A stretch of 20,000 bases of DNA from NCBI RefSeq assembly GCF_004010195.1, contig NC_057719.1, positions 16,089,742 to 16,109,741 of the forward strand, written 5' to 3'. Made by a program: the position numbers and the translations under genes. The DNA comes from Chiloscyllium plagiosum. Its lineage: Eukaryota. Of the stretch, positions 12,011 to 20,000 are shown one piece after another (within the stretch, counting starts at the first letter, position 1; every line of letters begins with the position of its first letter). The notes under the pieces are model-generated. The model was not told the origin of the DNA. It made no database searches and saw only the letters and a program-made list of their open reading frames with translations.

Positions 12011-12656
12011 CTAAGTGGGTTTTGAAGGATCAGAGATTGCAAAGATTGTGCTGACTTCACCCACAATAATATCAAACTTGAGTTGATTGACAGTGGTTAC
12101 GGCTCTATCTGATTGAAACATGTCCATGTCCAATGTGGATCTTAAACAGGACCTGCAATGGGACACGGCTCCTGGTGGATTGTATAAATGATAACAAAAA
12201 TAGCAGCTTTCATTTATTGAGCAGAAGCCAAATCCTTCACGCTTCAGGACAAATCATTCACCTTTTTTTTAAAAATGAGCTTCCTGGGTGTCCAGATGAT
12301 CTGGAAATTATGTTTAGAAAGCAGCTACAGTAAAATGCAACAGGTTTTACATATTAATCCGGGACTGGCTCACACATGCCAGTTTGGAAGACAAATATCA
12401 AATACCTTTTAAATTGAGAGCAATTTCTCCCTGGGTCAACCGGTTTTGTAGGTATGTATTAAATCTATCTACCGGAACACGAAAAATCTCAATGTGATGT
12501 AAATCATGTCCTGCAATACCAGAAGGACCACTGCTGTATTATTAACTTTGATGTTAGTGTCACAATTTTAGATTGAAAAACATCAGACACTTAGCTCATT
12601 CTCACTGCTTCTTTACTATATTCCTTTTATTTAAATTATACTATACCTTCCCTAAA

Positions 12657-12912
12657 GCACGGTAGCACAGTGGTTAGCACTGCTGCCTCACAGTGCTAGA
12701 GACCCGGGTTCAATTCCCGCCTCAGGTGACTGACTGTGTCTGTGTGGGTTTCCTCCGGGTGCTCCGGTTTCCTCCCACAGTCCAAAGATGTGCAGGTCAG
12801 GTGAATTGGCCTTGCTAAATTGCCTGTAGTGTTAGGTTAGGGGTATGGGTGGGTTGCGCTTCGGTGAGTCGGGTTGGGCTGAAGGGCCTGTTTCCACACT
12901 ATAAGTAATCTA
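12657..12912 (+). mobile_element. HE1-like (V-SINE) SINE, copy A
   Basis: A-box TAGCACAGTGG, B-box GGTTCAATTCC, V-domain GGGTTTCCTCCGGGTGCTCCGGTTTCCTCCCACAGTCCAAAGA, tail GGGCTGAAGGGCCTGTTTCC. Confidence 0.92.
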
Positions 12913-13575
12913 AATTGTGCTCCTTGTTCTTTTTAATCTCATTTTTTAGTCCTCTGATCATCTACTTTGTAGTAACTTTGGGGAAAGGGTTTACCGTTTT
13001 TTTACTTTCTATCATGTGATTGAGTGACAAATGCTTAAAGGATCACTAACATTTTATAATTCACTGTAAGGGTTCCGATCGGGGTTAAAGGGCTCCTGAA
13101 TGGGAAAATAAACAGCTGATTCAGAAAGACAAATGTCTGCGTGGGTTTGCTCCGGGTGCTCTGGTTTCCTCCCACAGTCCAAAGATGTGCAGGTCAGGTG
13201 AATTGGCTATACTAAATTGCCCGTAGTGTTAGGTTAGGGGTATGGGTGGGTTGAGCTTCGGTGAGTCGGGTTGGGCTGAAGGGCCTGTTTCAAACACTGT
13301 AAGTAATCTAAATTGTGCTCCTTGTTCTTTTTAATCTCATTTTTTAGTCCTCTGATCATCTACTTTGTAGTAACTTTGGGGAAAGGGTTTACCGTTTTTT
13401 TACTTTCTATCATGTGATTGAGTGACAAATGCTTAAAGGATCACTAACATTTTATAATTCACTGTAAGGGTTCCGATCGGGGTTAAAGGGCTCCTGAATG
13501 GGAAAATAAACAGCTGATTCAGAAAGACAAATGTCTGCGTGGGTTTGTTCTGGGTGCTCTGGTTTCCTCCCACAG
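12737..13575 (+). repeat. Tandem duplication, period 398 bp (SINE 3' half plus 223-bp unique spacer)
   Basis: 12911-13133 and 13309-13531 look identical by eye; units start at TGTCTG at 12737, 13134 and 13532. Confidence 0.95.
13134..13310 (+). mobile_element. Headless hybrid HE1-like SINE (junction copy)
   Basis: V-domain plus a tail like copy A; 5' diagnostic bases like copy B. Confidence 0.85.
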
Positions 13576-13782
13576 TGCAAAAATATGCAGGTTAGGTGGA
13601 TTGGCCAAGCTAAATTGCCCCATAGTATCCAGGGATGTGCAGGTTAGATGGATTAGCCGATGGAAATGCAAAATTACAGGGAGAGGGTAGGGGGTTGGGT
13701 CTGGGTGGGATGATCTTCGTAAGGATCATTGTGGACCTGATGGGCTGAATGGCCTGCTTCCACACTAGGAATTTTATGATTC
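13532..13782 (+). mobile_element. Headless HE1-like SINE, copy B (longer subfamily, like 11074-11411)
   Basis: V-domain, duplicated GATGTGCAGGTTAG segment, tail GGGCTGAATGGCCTGCTTCCACACT. Confidence 0.88.
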
Positions 13783-13940
13783 TTTTAATGCTCAATGCAC
13801 AAGACATTAAGTGAGATAGAAGTGATGTTAAAAAAGAACAGAAACTGATTGGAAACAGAAAATGTTGGAAGTAAATGACTAAGGGTGTAGGTGTGTTGTG
13901 TTGATATAGGTCTATTATTTTAATAATAGCAATATATAAA

Positions 13941-14045
13941 TAAAGAACTGCAGCTGCTGGAAACCTGTAACAAAAACAGACAGTGCTGGAGAAAGCAGTT
14001 CTGCAGCATCGGTGAAGAGAGATAAAGTGAGTTGATGTTGAGTCC
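13941..14045 (-). mobile_element. Penelope-like pLTR fragment
   Basis: AAAGAACTGCAGCTGCTGGAAACCTGTAACAAAAACAGA..TGCTGGAGAAA is similar to 3098-3190 and 18572-18670. Confidence 0.65.
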
Positions 14046-14131
14046 GTGATACTGCATTTTGCTTTTATTAATGGTATTTGAAACTAGGGACAAGAGGTCT
14101 CTGAAATGAAATTACTGAGGAGAAGATTGAA

Positions 14132-14266
14132 GCTGCTGGAAATACTCAGCAGGTCAAACAGTGTCTTTGGAAAGAGTAGCATTCAGATACAATGTCAACA
14201 GCTGCCTCATTAATTCTGGTTCTCTCTCTATAGACACTACTGGATCTGCTGAGGATTACCAGCAGT
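14132..14266. mobile_element. Older foldback Penelope-derived element
   Basis: Arms 14132-14176 (GCTGCTGGAAATACTCAGCAGGTC) and 14222-14266 (GATCTGCTGAGGATTACCAGCAGT) are imperfect reverse complements. Confidence 0.65.
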
Positions 14267-14854
14267 CTGAGTCATCATTTCAGTGTCTGCTTTCGGTGAC
14301 TGCTTGCTCCTGGTTTCAAATTCCATGATTAAAATGATCAACACAACCCTTCCACATGTATTCCACGACTTTACTATGATATTCTGAGAAGCACAAAGGT
14401 AGTAGACAGTGAAGAACAATTACATTTACAGGCAATAAATACTGAGTACAGACATAGTCTTTCACCATTCTGGTGGATGCTGTCAAATATTTCATACTTA
14501 CCTTATGCATTTGCTCACTGTATCCTCATACACAGAATCTTCTGCCTTCACTGGTGAGTTAGGTAATAAGATTATTAGCCAGGGTGGTGGCATATCCCAC
14601 TGCTTACCCACCTCCACCAGAATTATATCTGGGAGGGAATGCCCATTATCAACCTTCCCACACCACTACCCATTGAGGATCTTGCATAGCTAATGAGTAA
14701 TTATTTATAGTCTAACCCAACACCTCAATAGCAGACCTCTCACCATGCAGTGTGTACGGAAGCTAAAGACATTTTGTCAGCTTCTCACCTAGTTGGGGGG
14801 GGGAATGGTCCTTCAGGATTCATTAAGGGACTGGAAATCAGCAAGGGGCTGGAC

Positions 14855-15375
14855 AGGATATTGGTTTGGCTACTTTTGGAATATTGTGTGCAATTCTGGT
14901 CTCCCTCCTACAGGAAGAACGTTGTGAAACTTGAAAGGATTCAGAAAAGGTTTACAAGGATGTTGCCAGGGTTGGAGGGTTTGAGCTGTAGGGAGAGGCT
15001 GAATAGGCTGGGCTGTTTTCCCTGGAGTGTCGGAGGCTGAGGGGTGACCTTATGGTCTTATCTCTGAGATGGGGGAGTCCAGAACTAGAAGGCATAGGTT
15101 TAGGATGAGAAAGGAAACATTTAAAAGGGACCTAAGGGGCAAAGTTTTCAAGCAAAGGGTGGTACATGTATGGAATGAGCTGCCAGAAGAAGTGGTGGAG
15201 GTTAGTACAATTACAACATTTAAAAGGAGGTGGATGGGTATATGATTAGGAAGGGTTTAAAGAGATATGGGCCAAGTGCTGGCAAATGGAATTAGATTAA
15301 TTTAGAATACTGGTTGGCATGGACAAGTTGGACTGAAGGGTCTATTTCTGTGCTGTACATCTCAATGACTCTATG
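14855..15375 (+). mobile_element. CR1-clade LINE 3' fragment
   Basis: LLEYCVQFWSPSYRKNVVKLERIQKRFTRMLPGLE; colinear with 4975-5545 apart from an internal deletion; ends ATGACTCTATG. Confidence 0.93.
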
Positions 15376-16129
15376 GAGATCCACTGCTGCCAGCACTGCT
15401 GGCCCTTCTTCCCATAATAATCAACAGCCTCTAAACCAAAACAAAACAACTCTAACTTCATACAAAGGTACAAAGAAGAGTAGCCCTTTTGGCCCTTTAA
15501 GCCTGCTCTGCCATTCAATAAAAACCATGGCTGATCTGATTATACCTGTGACCAAGGTCCCTCCACCATCCTGGATCTCTGGTGGGTCTTCTTCCAGCTG
15601 CGGCCACAGCGGCCTGGCCTAATAGCAACAGGCCACTGAATGGCCTCAGCTGTCATTGGGTGAGACCTTCACCTCCAGGGTCTTGATTCCAGGTGAAGGA
15701 TCACTCAGGCCTTGCCACTGCCTGATTGGCATGTGAGTTGAGAGGTCTTCCCATAAAAAGAGACAGCATGGGTCCCTTAATGGCTCTCCAGTCAGGAAAC
15801 ATGACCCCCCTCTCAATCCTTTGATGAAATCTTGCCCCAGGATGCAGCAAAACATATTGTGGGCTTGTTCCTGCTGATGAACCTTGCCCTACTGTAAGTG
15901 CATGTTGGGAAATCATAGAAAATAATTTTTCCCACAAACTTTCCACCCGTTCCTTTAAAATAGGTTGTGGAAACCATACAAATTATATAGTCACCTCGCT
16001 CCCAGTGGACAAAAGTCACCAAATATAAATGGTGGCCTACCTCCCAACTACTCCCATCCCTCCCAACTCCTTAAACTGATCCTAAAGTTCATAAAGCCAT
16101 CATCATAGAAAACCTGAAATAAAATTTCA

Positions 16130-16441
<312 letters not shown>

Positions 16442-17907
16442 TTAACTACTTCGCACCTGCTGTTGTTATCTTCCCCAAACATGATGGCATGCTCCCCCCC
16501 CCCACCTCAGATCGCACTCCTCATCTTCCATGTTGGTCCATCTCCCAACTGATCCCAAACCCTCTCGCCCCCCTCCCAAACTCCTATTCACACCAAACAC
16601 CTCATGCTCATGTCCTCATCTCTCCTTCTCACTGTGAAACCTCTGTTGCCATCTCCTAAATCTTGATCTCCCACTTCCTCCCTTTTGTTAAGGCCTCAGT
16701 CCCTCAGACACTGACATTATGCTCCACTCTCAACTGCCTGTCCTGAGGACTCCTGGCTACAATATCCTGTCTCTAATCCTCCTGCCCAGATGCTGGCCTA
16801 TCTATCAATTTGCTCCGGCTACCAGGAAGGAAATAGAAGGAAATAAAAGGTGGTCCCAAAGGGTCTTCTACTCTGAATACTACAAATTATTTCCCCATCC
16901 CACAATGGGATTCCAGGGTTTGTAATTTCGTGAATTAAATATTCAGAATGGGATGGGGTTTCAATTCAAGATTTCAATTGAGTGAATGAACTCAAATGAC
17001 TATTAGGTTGTCCCAAAAAGTTACATTACAGTTAAAAATCCAGAGCAACACCAACTATGATCACAATCAGGAATTTGGAAAAGTAATTTTTTTCTCCCAC
17101 GTAGCATTTCCACATAATATAATACATGGGTTGTGAAGCACTTGGATGCATTCTGAGCAAACGATACGAAGCTAAAAAAGTAAATGTTGATATTCAGCAA
17201 ATGGTGTGGAGAATTTCGTATGCTCTTTTACAATTGAGCACAGCTAACATCTCTGGCCCACTTGACTTTCCATCCATGAACATCGACTGCAGTACTCCCA
17301 CCACCCACTCTCCTAACGTGAAGCTTTGCACTGAGGCAGTTAATTTTTAAATTTATCTCAATTTCCTAGGTAGCAAAACATCACCAAAATGACTCAATTC
17401 AGTCGTTTTGAAGAAACTGTTCATTTATTTGAAACAGTTGTCTAAATAAGATCAATGATGTCTCATTTCAGGTTAATATTTACTCAACATAAAATACATA
17501 GAACATTACAGCACACTTGGGCCCTCAGTACCAGTCACTCAGTAACACTTTTCATATCACAAAGTTCCACACTCTGCCAGCAAGGAGAGTCAATATTTGT
17601 ACAAATAATGGATAACCTCCTATACAGTCTACCCAAATTCAGCACTAGTTCCCACCACCACACCCAGGGCAATCAGGACTACTCAGAAATTTGACTAAAT
17701 TTGTCCCTGTACATCCAGGTTGGAAAGGTAGTGATACAGCAATCATATTCTAAATATTAACACTATCAGCATGTGACACTCTGGCTTGGATAGATTGTTG
17801 CCACCAATTCTCCTTTCTCTGTCTAGTTGTTACTTATAGATGATATTCCACAGCCAAGTCTTAGCAAAAGAGGCACTTATCTTACAAAATAATATTGTTT
17901 ATTGCAT

Positions 17908-18115
17908 GATCATAAAGTCACCATTGTCCTACCAGACCATACAGCTGCTCTCTCTTTACAGAGACGATTGGAAGTGGTTTAACCTGAGGGTCACCATACC
18001 TCAAGTAAGGGGACAGGTCAAAAAAGGTGAGTCTTCATATTAACCTCAGCTGATACAGGAATTGAACCCACACACTGTTGGCATCATGAATTAACTACCC
18101 AGCCAACTGAGCTAT
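17908..18115 (-). mobile_element. tRNA-derived SINE
   Basis: Minus strand starts TAGCTCAGTTGGCTGG (A-box), then GTGGGTTCAATTCCT (B-box), then a non-tRNA body. Confidence 0.7.
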
Positions 18116-18233
18116 CTTTGCATGATGGCAATAGTGACCTGCTAGGCATGATTAGTAAGGACTCACAGGATCTGTTCCTTTTGGATACTGAGATTAACTG
18201 TCTCCATCCAAAGACTGTGAGACTGTGATTTGG

Positions 18234-18447
18234 AGAAAGTAAGGACTGCAGATGCTGGAGATCAGAGTCAAAGAGTGTAGTGCTGGGAAAGCACAGCCAG
18301 TCAGGCAGCATCCGAGGAACAGGTTAGTCGACGTTTTGAGCATAAGCTCTTCATTTTTCCTGATGAAGAGCTTATGCTTGAAATTTCGACTCTCCTGCCC
18401 CTCAGGTGCTGCCTGACTAGCTGTGCTTTTCCAGCACCACACTCTTC
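18234..18447. mobile_element. Foldback Penelope-derived short element with 15-bp TSD and degenerate hammerhead core
   Basis: TSD GAGACTGTGATTTGG at 18219-18233 and 18448-18462; inverted arms ~18271-18354 and 18363-18446; CTGATGA-A-GAGC-TTAT-GCTT-GAAA at 18360-18383. Confidence 0.85.
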
Positions 18448-18560
18448 GAGACTGTGATTTGGTTGATCTTAATGTAAGATGAACATTACTCCTTCAGAAC
18501 CTTGCCTTGACAGCAATGCTTTTCGATGTAAGGCTTGAGTTCTCAATGAAGTACTTAAAT

Positions 18561-18792
18561 GAAAAAAAAAACAAAAGAACTGCTGATGTTGGAAATCAGA
18601 ATCAAAAACAGAAATTGTCAAAAAAGCTCAGCAGGTCTGACAGCGTCTGTGGAGAGAAAGCGAAGTTGATATTTCGGGTTCTGAAGAAGGGTCACTGGAC
18701 CCAAAACGTTAACTGGGCCCAAAACATTAACTCTTCTTTCTCTCCACAGATATCACCAGACCTACTGAGTTTCTCCAGCAATTTCTGTTTTT
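18561..18792. mobile_element. Foldback Penelope-derived short element with 10-bp TSD and degenerate hammerhead core
   Basis: TSD GTACTTAAAT at 18551-18560 and 18793-18802; inverted arms ~18604-18679 and 18717-18793; CTGAAGA-A-GGGTC-ACTG-GACCC-AAAACGTT at 18681-18710. Confidence 0.85.
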
Positions 18793-19059
18793 GTACTTAA
18801 ATAATAATATTTATACATACTTCAATATTTATGATACAGAAGTGGTAGATTACTATAATTTTTATTTAACGTTATACATTTTAATTAAGACAGTCCTTAA
18901 AGTCTAACTCTTTGACCAATCATTCAGGTCACCTGCCCTGGTATCTCATATAGTTTAGTGTCAACTTTTGCTTTATAATGATCCTGTAAATGACCCTGGA
19001 ATACTTAGATAAAAAGCACTGTAGGAATATCAGATGTCAATTGCAGTTTTTAAAAAATT

Positions 19060-19220
19060 AATTCACACAATGTGGACATTGCTGATTAGGTCAGCATTTA
19101 TTGCCCATCTCTAATTACGCAGAGGACAGGTAAGAGTCAATCACATTGCTGTGGGTTTGGATCACATATAGACCAGATCAAGTAAAGATGGCAGTTTCCT
19201 TCCCTAAACGACATTAGTGA
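19060..19220 (-). mobile_element. Deu-domain-type SINE 3' fragment (same family as 10478-10791)
   Basis: Direct similarity to 10480-10623. Confidence 0.65.
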
Positions 19221-19390
19221 CATTGAAGCGATTATATGGTCATTTTTGGTATTAATATCATCACAGCTCTGACTGTTCAAATGCAGGAACAGCATGGAAT
19301 ATAGAGATGAAAACAAAATTTTAGCAGATGGTTACATGGTTACAGCAATAACTTCACAAAGAGGTTCTGACTTTGCTGAAGAATACTTAC

Positions 19391-19507
19391 ACTGGCACCA
19401 TCTTTTACAGAAGATTTGAAGTGCACAGGCTTTGGTAATGTTATTGTTCCTTTCAGATAAACAGTAACCTTTTCTGCAGATTTACTGCGCAGATACAAGT
19501 CTCTAAT
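19391..19507 (-). CDS. TC2N: TC2N internal coding exon (first C2 domain): IRDLYLRSKSAEKVTVYLKGTITLPKPVHFKSSVKDGAS
   Basis: Minus strand reads ttctcatccttgaacag|ATTAGA...GCCAGT|gtaagt; 117 bp, phase 0/0, open. The motif KG-x-x-TLPKPVHFKSS-x-K-x-G matches vertebrate TC2N as I recall it. Absent from the ORF track; translated by hand. Confidence 0.93.
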
Positions 19508-19708
19508 CTGTTCAAGGATGAGAATATAATTATTTACAACTCATTAATTCACAGAATGGCAATATAATAATACTATCCTATTTTAATTTGAATAATTTAA
19601 TAAAGAGGTTTTAACACTTGCTGTTTTATTAATGCTGCTTACTTTTTAGTGTACAAGTTAACTGAGTTATTAGCAGGGGCGTTTATCATATGTTGCACAC
19701 TGCGTCTA

Positions 19709-20000
19709 TTAGAAAATAGAACATAGAACATAGAACAATACAGCACAGAACAGGCCCTTCGGCCCACGATGTTGTGCTAAACATTTGTCCTAGCTTAAGC
19801 ACCTATCCATGTATCTATCCAATTGCCGCTTAAAGGTCACCAATGATTCTGACTCTGCCACTCCCACAGGCAGCTCATTCCATGCCCCCACCTTTACTCT
19901 CTGGGTAAAGAACCTACCCCTGACATCCCCCCTATACCTTCCACCCTTCACCTTAAATTTATGTCCCCTTGTAACACTCTGTTGTACCCGGGAAAAAAGT
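19709..20000 (-). mobile_element. CR1-clade LINE 3' end (different subfamily), runs off the window
   Basis: (ATAGAAC)n tail, then ACAGCACAGAACAGGCCCTTCGGCCCAC. Minus-strand ACAAGGGGACATAAATTTAAGGTGAAGGG reads TRGHKFKVKG, as in the CR1 ORF2 C-terminus. Confidence 0.9.

Noticed and set aside
12657..12730. tRNA gene
   Set aside because: The A and B boxes run straight into a V-SINE body and no complete cloverleaf is evident; this is a SINE head. The same applies to 18050-18115.
12737..13575. CRISPR-like repeat-spacer array
   Set aside because: The repeats are SINE V-domains, the spacers are identical rather than unique, and the context is a vertebrate intron.
18360..18710. Currently active hammerhead ribozymes as ncRNA features
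   Set aside because: Each copy has a lesion in the core or stem III (GAAA to AAAA, or altered stem III), so activity cannot be claimed for these copies.

Overview
Eukaryotic genomic DNA, most likely a cartilaginous fish (shark), judged from HE1/V-SINE-like, Deu-SINE-like, CR1 and Penelope-like repeats. The window lies inside a minus-strand gene for a tandem-C2-domain protein that I recognise as TC2N (Tac2-N). Four internal coding exons (19507-19391, 16357-16166, 11866-11755, 7019-6811) have GT-AG sites and compatible phases and splice to 210 uninterrupted codons. The upstream exons lie outside the window, and I could not find the terminal exon in it. The rest is intron filled with transposon remnants: a 2.2-kb decayed CR1 nested in a Penelope-like element, a Tigger/pogo-type MITE with TIRs and TA TSD, a 5'-truncated Tx1/L1-type element with a 13-bp TSD, Rex1-like and RTE-like fragments, and SINEs. 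The most notable structures are two adjacent ~220-bp foldback Penelope-derived inserts, each with its own TSD and a degenerate hammerhead-ribozyme core at the centre, and a 398-bp tandem duplication apparently produced by SINE-SINE recombination. I see no evidence for a wholly new protein-coding system. Family names come from recognition by eye, not database searches.
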